A stretch of DNA of 64,000 nucleotides. It comes from Promethearchaeota archaeon. Lineage in GTDB: Archaea > Asgardarchaeota > Thorarchaeia > Thorarchaeales > Thorarchaeaceae. The stretch lies in contig JBHLPF010000017.1 of the NCBI GenBank assembly GCA_048939765.1, positions 1-64,000 on the forward strand, given 5' to 3'. Under the pieces are notes generated by a model that saw nothing but the letters and a program-made list of their open reading frames with translations, was not told the DNA's origin and did not search any database. Shown piece after piece: positions 30,130 to 40,114 of the stretch. The position numbers and the translations under genes were made by a program. Position 1 is the first letter of the stretch, and each line of letters begins with the position of its first letter.

Positions 30130-30229
30130 TCTAAAGCCTCTGGGGTGTCCTAACGGAGATAGGTCGATTCGTGATGCTATAAAACCTTGCTGTAACAGAG
30201 TCATAACAGACCGCTATTTTTGCGCATTT

Positions 30230-33200
30230 CTAGACCCCAAAGAACTCCTTTGGATCGGCCTTTGCATCCTCCTTCTTGCGCCATTCGCGTTCTGCCTTCC
30301 GACGACGACTTTCCTCCTTCTCACGTCGACGCTCTTCCTTGCTCATGCGCTTCGTCTTCTTGGACACTCTGTCGCCACGTTTTCTCCTAGTATAGATTGA
30401 GGCTCCAACAATTGCAGCGAACACTCCTCCAACCAATAGGAGTAGTTCCCATGGAAAGGCACGGATGGTCATGAAACCATGTAGAACTACTGTGAGTGAG
30501 TCATATCCCGCTTTTGCACCAGTCAAGTGCAAACTATACGTACCGACACGGCCCCGTGTCCAGTCTTCAGTAAGTGTCATTGTATACAGACCAGGTTCTG
30601 CTGATGCAACGACTGTGATCTCGGTCGAATTCAACCATGAATGCAGGCTGACTTGCCCAATACCAGCACCACTGCGAGTCGTGATTTCCAGCGTAATGAT
30701 GACTCGATCGCCCTCCCAGATGATAATCTGATTCAGACTTGCTGCATGAAGAACCAACGATGGCATGCTACTCCACAATGCAGCATTTACGACCGTCTGG
30801 TTGCGAGCAGTCCCAGTAGGACGCGTTGTAGTCACAGCAAGCTTCCCTGAACCAACCACGCCTGCCAAGATGACCGGATTTGTGCCCTCCGTGGCTAGAA
30901 CCGTCATGTTCTCTGGAAAGGAAGTGAAATGATCTTGATAGTCAATTGATGACGTCAATACATTTGGCATTGACATGAGCGGATGATTCGGGTCCTCAAT
31001 CACAATTGTTGAACCGGAGCTTGTGCCTGTGGACACTGCCCAAGGGAGCCAACTCAAATCACCCGAAACACCCATGAGAACGAGTGTACCGCCTAGCTCG
31101 ACATAGCTCTTGATGTCTTGGGTCATCGGGACCAGGCCTGTTGAGAGAGATGGAAGCGAACCGGGCTCAACCAAAACAGTAGATCGTAGAGGCAAGAGCC
31201 ATTGAGAATCCGTAATATTTGAATCATCATAGAAATCATGAGCTATTGAAAAATCATCCAGAGTTCGGGGCAGGTAATCAGTTGTACCTAGAGCAGCGAC
31301 TGCTGGAACTCCTCGGCCCGGCTGATGTTCATCAAGTGATATATCACCTGGATCAACAGAAGAGATTCGCGGGGAACTTGCCGGAGAGTATAGATGCACT
31401 TCTGGATCACCAAAGAGCACCTGCTGGTCCCCATAGTCACGTGGATCACGACCTATCAGCGGATCAGAATAGTCGTGCGAAATCCTAGCAAGGGCCTCAC
31501 TGAGGGCAGAACCCGTCGTGTTGCCACTACAGAGAGCTTCAGTTATCTGAATTGAAAGAGTCCCTGCGGGCTGGAAGTATACTGTCCGAGGAGAAGCGAC
31601 CACTCCCACGGCTCCGTGCTCCATTAGCATGATAGGGAGCCTTGTCCCACCTAGTAGGCAGGCAGTCAAGATGACGATTGGAGAGCCAATGTTACCTATT
31701 GTAGCCTCCAAATCGTCAGTTGATTTCATCACATGATGAGCGTATTCAGCTTCATAGGCAACTGGGTTCACCAGATGATCAGCGTCAGAGGGACTTTCAC
31801 GGGTTGTCTCACTGACTTCAAATCCCCATTTGGCATCTTGGTCCCTTAGAGAGAAAAGACCTGGGCCATTCGGTCGCTGAGGAGGGTCTCGAGGGCCTTG
31901 GGTCAGAGTACCATGAGTGCTCATAGACCAAAGAGCAAGCTGAGTGTCTACTGTGGCAAAGACTTCATCGGCACCGACGTGAGTTACTACATTGAAATCA
32001 GCGTCCTGAAGGGCCGTTGTGGTGTCTTCAATCTGCCAAATCTCATAGCCATTGAGGAAGTTATCTACGAAGGGCGATCCATCAGTGTAGGCATAGAATG
32101 TTAGCATCGCATCATCGGCGGAGTCAGATGTCAGGAATAGGAATCTATGATGTGCAGCCCTGTTAATCAGGACCGAAGCTAGTGCGGGGTCTCCAGTCGG
32201 TATGCGTCCAGCTTGGAAATGACTCTGCAATGATCTATCGAAGCTGACTTTGATGAGCTCTGGCGAAGACACAACAACGACTGATTGCGGATCAGTTGCA
32301 TTGTATGCCCCGCGATCGGCAAGAAAGACTTCAAAATCATTCACCGATTGCCTCATTGAGTAGGTATTTGGAATTCGTTCATCATACCAGCCATTTTCGT
32401 GCCTTGTAGTCCATCTACTTGTTATGTAGATGTCAATCTCGGGACCTATCAGATATGGCGCCCAAGTTTCCTCGGCTCTTGTTGTGAGGTAATTGTCATC
32501 ACCGCACAGTGAGAATATCGGCGCGCCGTGAAATGCCGCTGAATATGCAGCAGGGGCGAATACTTCATTTCCATTTCCGAAGGGCACAGTCACCACAATG
32601 TCATTCTCTTCAGACAACGCCCTAATCCATTGTGTCGTCAGAAGGTAGCTCTCCAAGGAAGTTAAGAAGGAGAAGGCGTCGAGTTCGGTTTCCAGGGCAG
32701 CGGCATGGATGTTTGCAGGATCGACCAGAAAGCTGACATTGACACCTAGTTTCTGAACTGCATTGCGTGTGGCTTCTGGAATTGAATCCTCTGTCACGTA
32801 GAGTAGCGGCGCATTGAGCAATGATGCAAGAACAGCTCCATTAGCTGCCGATTCGAGATATGCCTGGAGGCCAGAGGGCAATGTTGATACGGCCCAAGAG
32901 AGATCCACATTATTCTCTTCTTCGGTGGCATCAATCCAGGATAGCAGTATTGTCCAGTCCCCGGCCACGGGGTATGGAATCTCCACTGTTTCACTGCTAA
33001 GGCCAGCCAAGATACTGCCTGCAGGAGCCCATTGAACCAGTCTACCACTTGGACCCACGAGTGCCAGATTGAGATCTGTTGCGGAGTTATCCCAGGTTAT
33101 CGTGGCATTGAGCCATTGAGCATCCGAGGGAACAGATACCGTTTGAGTAAAGCCCGGATGATATTTCACCTCACAGCTTAGGTCGGTAGTTCCAGATGAT

Positions 33201-34072
33201 AGGCGCTCAACAGCCATGGTCCAGGTTCCGTCTTGTGTCTTCGGGTACCAGAACTTCAGGGGAACTAGCGAAGCAACATATGATGGCTGTCGCTCGAAAT
33301 ACACTTGACTATATACGGAGTAGTCTACAATTGCACCGTTTGGATCGCGAAGTTGATGTGTATGCAGGTCACTACCTGACCAATCGAATGATCCTTCCAT
33401 CCAACCTGCGGATGTAGGAGGCGTGAAGGTGATGTTAGCAATTTCTGTGTAATTGACAATTGTATTTGAGGTATAAGAAGACAAAGCCGCGTCAACAAAC
33501 TGGAAACTTGCTTCTCCAGATGTCACTGAGGGTGCCGGGAAACTGTCCTTGGCCAATGCGAAGACTGCAATATCGCTTGTAGCCCAATCCATCGCTGCAA
33601 GTTGTGCTGCAACCTCTGCGGAGTCAGATGCTGTGATCCGAGGATATACCTGTACTCCGGTCATGTCCTGAATGCTATCCACAAGAGAGTTGGACAGGTT
33701 TCCGACACCAACTATCTGGGTAGGACCCCCATCTGGTTCAAGATATTCAGTCCAATCATTTACAAGCCATGCTTCGGACTGAGAACCGGAGGCCATGATG
33801 AGGGGAGATATGTATTGATTTCCTCCGGATAGAAAGACACTATTTGGAATACCAGCCATATATGCGAATTCGTCGAAATATGAGGAGGAATCCTGAGCAA
33901 CGAAGGTAGCTCTCCTCATTGGAATGGTTTCATTTGGCATGCTGCTTAACAATGATTCTTGTAGCGGTGCAACGGTACTGGCGCTATACATTTTGCTAGG
34001 TAGTGCTACAAGTGGCATGAAAAGAGGCGCCAGGATCAAGAACAGCAGCAAAACCGCCATTTGCTTCTGCAT
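30230..34072 (-). CDS. Large membrane-anchored surface protein with CWB2-like repeats and a peptidase C25-like domain
   Basis: Signal peptide; GAVLASLLNAPLLYV and AAYSAAFHGAPIF; STHG...LTACL...LFGDP; C-terminal TM helix and basic tail. Confidence 0.75.
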   Translation of the reverse strand: MQKQMAVLLLFLILAPLFMPLVALPSKMYSASTVAPLQESLLSSMPNETIPMRRATFVAQDSSSYFDEFAYMAGIPNSVFLSGGNQYISPLIMASGSQSEAWLVNDWTEYLEPDGGPTQIVGVGNLSNSLVDSIQDMTGVQVYPRITASDSAEVAAQLAAMDWATSDIAVFALAKDSFPAPSVTSGEASFQFVDAALSSYTSNTIVNYTEIANITFTPPTSAGWMEGSFDWSGSDLHTHQLRDPNGAIVDYSVYSQVYFERQPSYVASLVPLKFWYPKTQDGTWTMAVERLSSGTTDLSCEVKYHPGFTQTVSVPSDAQWLNATITWDNSATDLNLALVGPSGRLVQWAPAGSILAGLSSETVEIPYPVAGDWTILLSWIDATEEENNVDLSWAVSTLPSGLQAYLESAANGAVLASLLNAPLLYVTEDSIPEATRNAVQKLGVNVSFLVDPANIHAAALETELDAFSFLTSLESYLLTTQWIRALSEENDIVVTVPFGNGNEVFAPAAYSAAFHGAPIFSLCGDDNYLTTRAEETWAPYLIGPEIDIYITSRWTTRHENGWYDERIPNTYSMRQSVNDFEVFLADRGAYNATDPQSVVVVSSPELIKVSFDRSLQSHFQAGRIPTGDPALASVLINRAAHHRFLFLTSDSADDAMLTFYAYTDGSPFVDNFLNGYEIWQIEDTTTALQDADFNVVTHVGADEVFATVDTQLALWSMSTHGTLTQGPRDPPQRPNGPGLFSLRDQDAKWGFEVSETTRESPSDADHLVNPVAYEAEYAHHVMKSTDDLEATIGNIGSPIVILTACLLGGTRLPIMLMEHGAVGVVASPRTVYFQPAGTLSIQITEALCSGNTTGSALSEALARISHDYSDPLIGRDPRDYGDQQVLFGDPEVHLYSPASSPRISSVDPGDISLDEHQPGRGVPAVAALGTTDYLPRTLDDFSIAHDFYDDSNITDSQWLLPLRSTVLVEPGSLPSLSTGLVPMTQDIKSYVELGGTLVLMGVSGDLSWLPWAVSTGTSSGSTIVIEDPNHPLMSMPNVLTSSIDYQDHFTSFPENMTVLATEGTNPVILAGVVGSGKLAVTTTRPTGTARNQTVVNAALWSSMPSLVLHAASLNQIIIWEGDRVIITLEITTRSGAGIGQVSLHSWLNSTEITVVASAEPGLYTMTLTEDWTRGRVGTYSLHLTGAKAGYDSLTVVLHGFMTIRAFPWELLLLVGGVFAAIVGASIYTRRKRGDRVSKKTKRMSKEERRREKEESRRRKAEREWRKKEDAKADPKEFFGV

Positions 34073-34201
34073 TCCAGCCGTCAAGGTACGTACTCCTATC
34101 TCTGAATGCAAAACACATCAGAATGTGACATATAGTGTTTTTTCATGTGGCTTCTTGTGTGAAATATCAATAAAATCCGCCATGGGACGAACATATGCCT
34201 G

Positions 34202-35134
34202 CTACTCGACGAAATCCAGAAGGTCTTCATCAAAGTCGTCATCTGGACCTTCAGGTTCCTCTTCTTCATCAGGTAATGCATCGATTATATCGTCAATCAC
34301 CCGTCTCAACCTACGTCTAGTAGATTTGGGTATGTCCCAGAGCTTCTGTTCCGCCCGCTCAACAACCTCTCTCGCAATATCGTAGATTTCCGCATCCAGA
34401 TAGTTCTGTGCTGCCTCAGTGAAGTGCTCAGCGGACTTCCTCTGATTCCCATCCATCTCTGCAATGTCTCCCAGTAGGGAAAGAGCATCCGCTATTCCTG
34501 CTTTGTCGTCAATGTCACGATAGATCTTGAGAGCCTTCTTGAACTCCTTATCAGCTGACACCCAATCTTCCTTATCTGCATAGGCATTGCCAACATCCAT
34601 AATGGTGCTAGCTACACCCTGCTGATTGTCAACTGTTTTGTAGGCCTTCTGAGCTTTCTTGAAGAAGGATAGAGCTTGATCGAACTCACCGAGACCGTTT
34701 TTTGCGAGGGCCAGCGCATACATTGCATCCGCAGCACCGTCCTCATTAGATGTCTTTTGAAAGAGCTTGATTGCTTTCTCACATGATTTAGCGGCTTCCT
34801 CCCATTGTTCGAGGTTGATTTGTGCCACTCCGAGGTTGTACAAGGCATCACTGATGCCATTTTCATCTTTCAGCTCGGTGTAGATATTCAGCGAGTCCTT
34901 GAAGCAATTTAGCGCCTCTTCATATTCAGCTACTGACATGTAGATGTTTCCGACTGCATTGAGTATTTTCGCTGCATCGTCTTTTGCTCCAGCTTCTAGG
35001 GCTGCATTTGCCTGCTCCAAAAGCTCAGCTGGATCCAAATCATCTATTTCAGCATCTTCTTCGCTCAAGAGGGACTCACCTTCAAGTGAAGAAAGTGGCG
35101 GACTCCATCTCTTTTGAGCCTTTCTGCGCATCAC
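34202..35134 (-). CDS. Tetratricopeptide repeat protein
   Basis: Repeated A..L..LG..Y...G.Y.EA...F..AL units; acidic termini. Confidence 0.9.
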   Translation of the reverse strand: MMRRKAQKRWSPPLSSLEGESLLSEEDAEIDDLDPAELLEQANAALEAGAKDDAAKILNAVGNIYMSVAEYEEALNCFKDSLNIYTELKDENGISDALYNLGVAQINLEQWEEAAKSCEKAIKLFQKTSNEDGAADAMYALALAKNGLGEFDQALSFFKKAQKAYKTVDNQQGVASTIMDVGNAYADKEDWVSADKEFKKALKIYRDIDDKAGIADALSLLGDIAEMDGNQRKSAEHFTEAAQNYLDAEIYDIAREVVERAEQKLWDIPKSTRRRLRRVIDDIIDALPDEEEEPEGPDDDFDEDLLDFVE

Positions 35135-35835
35135 TAACGAGCCATTATCAAGTTGGGATTCTCTAGAAGAGCTCTTACAGCATCCTTAACCTCAAATTGT
35201 TCGTCGCCAACCTGCACTTCAAGGAGCTTTCTAAGCTCGAATCTTCGAAGGTATCCGACTGCCTGTTCTCTTTCGACATTGAGCCCCTTCATTAGTTTCG
35301 CGAGGCCATTCTTGGATCCGCTGTACTCTGCAAACTTGGAGAAGACACTACTCCATTGCATCATAGTGAGGAACAGAAGTGTTCTCAGAACTCTGTCAAC
35401 GTTTTCACCGGTCTTTGCAGAGCACGGAATCACCGCTTGACCAGCCAGGAATGTCATGTTATTGCGAAGTTGGTCCACTGGCCTGGCTTCAGGTAAGTCC
35501 TGCTTGTTTGCAGCCACAACACAGGGCACTCCTGGAAGAAAGAATGCAATTTCTCTGAAGAACAACTTTGCTCTTGCGTCGGACTCTGGATCAGCCGAGT
35601 CAACTGCAAAGATTATTCCGTCTGCGCCTTCACTCAGGATTTTCCTTATAGTTCTGAACCGGAGAAGGCCCGGTGTTCCGAACAGAAAAACACTAAGTCC
35701 CCCAACATTGGCCATGCCATGGTCCATAGCTATGGTGGTGCCTCGACGTTCGATATTGATGCATTGGCCATCAGTAATGTGATTCACAAGGAGGCTTTTT
35801 CCAGATTCGTACGGCCCTGTGACGATAATCTTCAT
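35134..35835 (-). CDS. MglA/CvnD-like small GTPase with C-terminal wHTH-like extension
   Basis: GPYESGKS, TTIAMDHG, LFGTPG, ANKQD, CSAK. Confidence 0.88.
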   Translation of the reverse strand: MKIIVTGPYESGKSLLVNHITDGQCINIERRGTTIAMDHGMANVGGLSVFLFGTPGLLRFRTIRKILSEGADGIIFAVDSADPESDARAKLFFREIAFFLPGVPCVVAANKQDLPEARPVDQLRNNMTFLAGQAVIPCSAKTGENVDRVLRTLLFLTMMQWSSVFSKFAEYSGSKNGLAKLMKGLNVEREQAVGYLRRFELRKLLEVQVGDEQFEVKDAVRALLENPNLIMAR

Positions 35836-35996
35836 GGAACTGCACCTGTGTTCTTACAGAGGGTTGATTCCAGAGTAAAACTCTGAGTGTTAAATGGTTT
35901 GCCGTCTTCTACTCAGCCTGTTATAATCCGCTCCCTTTCGTTTACACTTGTAGAAATGAGTGACAAAGTGAGACCGGCCGCTCGCAGCAGCAGTCC

Positions 35997-36040
35997 TCCA
36001 CCTTCATCCCGTGAGTGGTTTACGAAAGATATCATGGGAA
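35997..36040 (-). promoter_or_regulatory. Candidate eukaryote-type SECIS element overlapping the selD stop codon
   Basis: - strand CC-AUGAU-AUCUUUCGU-AAA-CCACUC-ACGGGA-UGAA-GG: AUGA/GA core, helix, apical AAA. Confidence 0.6.
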
Positions 36041-37075
36041 CTCGGTCTCAATGAACTCTACACCCTTAGCCAGTTTGGCCTCAGGCGTTCCCATGGGCTC
36101 TGCTGATTCGCCAATGATCCAGCAAGGCAGCCCTTTCCCTCTGAGAATGTCACAGAACTCATTTACTTTTTCGGGTTGGAGGAAGACTAGCATCCCCCCA
36201 GCTGTTTCAGCAGCTAATCCCGCTCTGAGTTTGTGACCAAAGAAGGCGGCCAAATCAAGACTTCCTTGTATAACAGGTACCTGATTTATCAGAACATCTA
36301 CGCCGCTTCTTCTGGCGACAGTTCTCGCATGGCCTAGAAGGCCAAATCCTGTGACATCTGTCGCCGCTTGAGCACCGACCTCCTTCATAGCTTCAGCAAC
36401 CTCAAGATTGCTAAATGTCATGATTTTCACTGCAGTTTCCTGCATTTTACGGAGTTCTTGCTCATTGAACTCAGCTAGAAGTGCATCACGTTTTTCATCC
36501 TGTAGATCTCTGTAGGACCTCATGGCAGATTGGATGCCAAGAGGCTTTGTCAAGACTATCTTGTTGCCGGGTTTGGCTCCATGAGAGTAGATTATTTCGT
36601 GTGGCTGAGCAATGCCAAGACATATTCCTCCAAAGACAGGGATGGGGTTCGTAATTGTCTGGCCACCGGTAACGCTGCTATCGTGCCGTTTCATGAAATC
36701 ATCCATCCCTTTGAGAACGCCAACAACGATATCTACATCCATCTCCTTAGGATAACCAACGAAGGCTTGAAGCGATACGAGTTGAGTCGCCCCCATAGCG
36801 AAGACGTCATTGGAAGCATTGCAGGCCACAATCTCTCCCTGTATGTGCGGGTCATCGTGAATTGGCGTAAAGATGTCGACATTCTCGACTATGGCCACCT
36901 GGTCGTTGAGGACGCGAACCACAGCATCATCGCCGACTTCACTCGCGCACGAAGTACCTAGCGACAGAATGCCTGTTTTCTCTAGAAGAAGGTCTAGATC
37001 GCCTTGCTTGACTTTACAGCTTCATCCATGGGTAGTAACCATTGCAGTCAGTCGCACCTTATGCACTTGGTACAT
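36032..37075 (-). CDS. selD: Selenide,water dikinase (selenophosphate synthetase), selenoprotein with Sec at codon 18
   Basis: ATG 37075 with GGAGG RBS; MYQVHKVRLTAMVTTHG-U-SCK, in-frame TGA at 37022-37024; continues into GDDAV, DIFTP, NDVFAMG, LTKPLG, TDVTGFGLLGH, ETAGG; 347 aa. Confidence 0.95.
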
Positions 37076-37208
37076 CGCCTCCGATTATTTATGGCCATAG
37101 GCCCAAAATGCTTAGTGGATGGCCCAGTAATAAAATGTCTTGTGGGCTGCTTCACAATCCTTATAGCAATATCCAGAAACCTGTCTTGTCAACCAGGAGT
37201 GAGAGGTC

Positions 37209-38654
37209 GTGAATATCAAAAAGCTGTCTGAGAACCTGTTCGAGATTCCTCAAGATACAAAACCATGCATGACTGTGCCTGTCAAAATCTATGCTTCTAG
37301 TTCTCTTGTCCAAAAGATGAAGCAAGACAAGACATTCGAGCAGGGGGCAAACGTTGCATGTCTGCCAGGCATATATTCTCACAGCACTATTCTTCCGGAT
37401 GGCCATCAAGGGTATGGTTTCCCGATTGGCGGAGTAGCAGCCACTGATTATGAGAGTGGAGTGATATCCCCAGGTGGAGTGGGCTATGATATCAATTGTG
37501 GCGTTCGGGTGCTAACAACAAATCTGGATGAGGGAGATGTCAGACCGAAGCTAAGAGACCTGATAGAAACTCTCTTTCGTGATGTGCCCACTGGAGTAGG
37601 AAGAAGCGGAAAAATCCAGCTCTCAGATATGAGAGGCATTGAAGAGGTTCTAAAGAATGGGGCAGCTTGGGCTGTGGAAGAGGGATATGGGTGGGAAGAA
37701 GACCTGGACCATATCGAGGCGGGCGGTAATCTCGATATTGCAGATGCGTCAAAGGTTTCACAGCATGCAAAGAAGAGGGGGATGAGTCAGGTAGGAACAC
37801 TCGGATCCGGAAATCACTTCCTCGAAATACAACTGGTCGATGAGATTTATGATGAAGTCGCCGCAAGAGCCATGAACATAACAAGGAAGGGACAAGTCAC
37901 GGTCATGATACATAGCGGCTCGAGAGGACTAGGTCATCAGGTATGCAGCGATTACATCAAGACTATGACCCAGGCCATGTCGAAGTATAACATTCAGGTT
38001 CCGGACAGAGAGCTCTGCAGTGCGCCTACAACATCTCCAGAGGGGCAGGCGTACCTTGGTGCAATGAGTGCAGCTGCCAACTTTGCGTGGGCCAACAGGC
38101 AGACCATGATGCACTGGACACGCGAGGTGTTCTCAAAAATTATGGGACAGTCCGCTGAGGAGTTGGAGATGAAACTGATCTACGATGTTGCTCACAACAT
38201 GGGAAAAGTGGAGGAGCATGACATCGAAGGAAGAAGAAGGAGAGTTGTTGTCCATAGAAAGGGTGCAACTCGTGCATTTCCAGCAGAGCATCCAGAAACC
38301 CCTTCGGAGTACAAGAGCATAGGACAACCCGTCCTGATTCCGGGCACAATGGGAACGGCATCCTATATCCTTGTAGGAAATCCTAAGGGCATGGAGCTGA
38401 CGTTTGGCTCAACCGCCCATGGAGCAGGCCGGTTTATGAGCAGAAGTCGGGCCAAGAAGCAATTCTACGGTAAGGAGATTCAAAGCAGTCTTGCACGAGA
38501 AGGCATCATCGTGAAAGCTGCAAAGGGAATAGTCATCGCAGAAGAAGCCCCAGGAGCCTACAAGGATGTAGATGAAGTTGTGAGGGTTTCAGACGCTGTC
38601 GGTATTGCTACCAAGGCTGTGAGACTTCGTCCCATTGGTGTCATCAAGGGCTAG
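37209..38654 (+). CDS. rtcB: RNA-splicing ligase RtcB
   Basis: PDGHQGYGFPIGG, VGYDINCG, GSGNHFLE, HSGSRG, HRKGAT, PGTMG, STAHGAGR, EAPGAYK. Confidence 0.97.
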   Translation: MNIKKLSENLFEIPQDTKPCMTVPVKIYASSSLVQKMKQDKTFEQGANVACLPGIYSHSTILPDGHQGYGFPIGGVAATDYESGVISPGGVGYDINCGVRVLTTNLDEGDVRPKLRDLIETLFRDVPTGVGRSGKIQLSDMRGIEEVLKNGAAWAVEEGYGWEEDLDHIEAGGNLDIADASKVSQHAKKRGMSQVGTLGSGNHFLEIQLVDEIYDEVAARAMNITRKGQVTVMIHSGSRGLGHQVCSDYIKTMTQAMSKYNIQVPDRELCSAPTTSPEGQAYLGAMSAAANFAWANRQTMMHWTREVFSKIMGQSAEELEMKLIYDVAHNMGKVEEHDIEGRRRRVVVHRKGATRAFPAEHPETPSEYKSIGQPVLIPGTMGTASYILVGNPKGMELTFGSTAHGAGRFMSRSRAKKQFYGKEIQSSLAREGIIVKAAKGIVIAEEAPGAYKDVDEVVRVSDAVGIATKAVRLRPIGVIKG

Positions 38655-39581
38655 GTTTCTGCTGCGCTCCTTTGAGGCGATGTCCACCATAACTAATGCA
38701 ATTCCGAGTAGAATCACACCAAAGCCAATCATAGTCAGCGCCGTTGGCATTTCCCCAAGAAATATGACTGCAAGCAATGTTGCACCAATCGGCTCGCCCA
38801 GTACAGCAGAGGATACCACGTAGGCGGGCACCAAAGTGAGCAGATAATTGTTTACGGAGTGTCCAAGCGCGGTTGGAAAGATAGCAAGTGCCAGAAATAT
38901 GATGACTTCGCGTGGGTCAAAGACAAGAACATTCAGACCCAGTGCCATGCAAAGCGGCAGAGTGGCAACTGCTGCGGATAGATAGACAACCGAAGTGTAC
39001 ACCGTAATGGGTAGTCCTTCAGCATACCTCCTTCCACCTATGAAGTAGACTGCCAGAAAGAGAGCACTAAGCAGTGCAAGGGAGTCACCAGTGAGTGCGC
39101 CAAATCCTTCAGATATGAGGTCATTCCAAGCAAGAAGAATTGCTCCTCCCACTGCAACCAAAACGCCCATCCATGATTTTCTTCTCAACGATTCACCAAG
39201 AACCAACGTGGAAAAGATGGCGGTAAAGATTGGTGATGTATTCACTAGAACCACACTTGCGGCAACGGTTGTCATGAAGAGAGATGTGAACCAAGTTGCG
39301 AAGTGAAAAGAGAGGACGATGCCAATGGCGGCTAACCAAATCCAAGTTGCCTTCAATTGCGATCTCCGAAACGCTTTGAAATCCCCTCTGACTGCGCCGA
39401 CACTGGCCATGATTATTGACCCATAGAGAGTCCTCCAGAAGACGATTACCAAGGGAGGAGAGAGAATTGGATTGGCGAATCTGATTAGTATGCTCGCACT
39501 TGAAACCATTGAAACAGCAAGAATTAGGAGCATTACTGTGCGCGAATTGATGCCTGAGTCAATTCTTGGCTGTTCAATCAT
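38589..39581 (-). CDS. DMT/EamA family transporter
   Basis: About 10 TM helices, two repeats, EPIGATLLA. Confidence 0.9.
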   Translation of the reverse strand: MIEQPRIDSGINSRTVMLLILAVSMVSSASILIRFANPILSPPLVIVFWRTLYGSIIMASVGAVRGDFKAFRRSQLKATWIWLAAIGIVLSFHFATWFTSLFMTTVAASVVLVNTSPIFTAIFSTLVLGESLRRKSWMGVLVAVGGAILLAWNDLISEGFGALTGDSLALLSALFLAVYFIGGRRYAEGLPITVYTSVVYLSAAVATLPLCMALGLNVLVFDPREVIIFLALAIFPTALGHSVNNYLLTLVPAYVVSSAVLGEPIGATLLAVIFLGEMPTALTMIGFGVILLGIALVMVDIASKERSRNLALDDTNGTKSHSLGSNTDSV

Positions 39582-39594
39582 CTCAAAATCACAC

Positions 39595-40083
39595 TCAGGT
39601 TGTCAGTGAATTGCACGAAACACAGCGAAGTTGATCCTTGGATGCTTCAACGACATGAGAATCGCAAACGGGACAATCATCAACAATGAGGCTAGCATAG
39701 TCGATTCTGTCTAACACTTGCGTCACTTCATCGATATCTAGATAATTGAAAAGCACTTTCCCTGGCGCCCCAGCAACCATTCTTGATAGACCTCCAGATG
39801 CGGAGTCAAAGAACATAAGGATTGGCTTGGATAGCTCGATTGCCAGCATAATCTCCATTCCAACACCGTGTGAGGGACTTGAAACTTCTGCGACAAGAAA
39901 ATCGCAGGCTCGCACCATGCGAACGTCTCGTTCATAGATTTCCTCTGGACCTGCAGGAGGATAGAGTTGAGGGGCAAAGACCTCAATCCCTTTCGCTTCT
40001 AGCAGATCAATGACGACTCTGTAGAAATCATCACGCCTGTCTTCAGCATGGATTATTGGACCGGATAGATATGCCAAGGTCAT
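39595..40083 (-). CDS. Nucleoside 2-deoxyribosyltransferase/RCL-like N-glycosidase with C-terminal Zn ribbon
   Basis: YLSGPI, IYERD, AEVSSPSHGVGME, LSRM; CPVC...CVSC. Confidence 0.85.
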   Translation of the reverse strand: MTLAYLSGPIIHAEDRRDDFYRVVIDLLEAKGIEVFAPQLYPPAGPEEIYERDVRMVRACDFLVAEVSSPSHGVGMEIMLAIELSKPILMFFDSASGGLSRMVAGAPGKVLFNYLDIDEVTQVLDRIDYASLIVDDCPVCDSHVVEASKDQLRCVSCNSLTT

Positions 40084-40114
40084 TCTTGACTTCACCACGA
40101 TACGCAATGGCGAC

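Noticed and set aside
36032-36922. ORF-track 296-aa SelD, or reading selD as a pseudogene
   Set aside because: The upstream frame continues through a single UGA at the catalytic Sec position to a start with a strong RBS
38589-38654. 66-bp convergent overlap of rtcB and the DMT gene as a regulatory feature
   Set aside because: Short tail-to-tail overlaps are common in compact archaeal genomes
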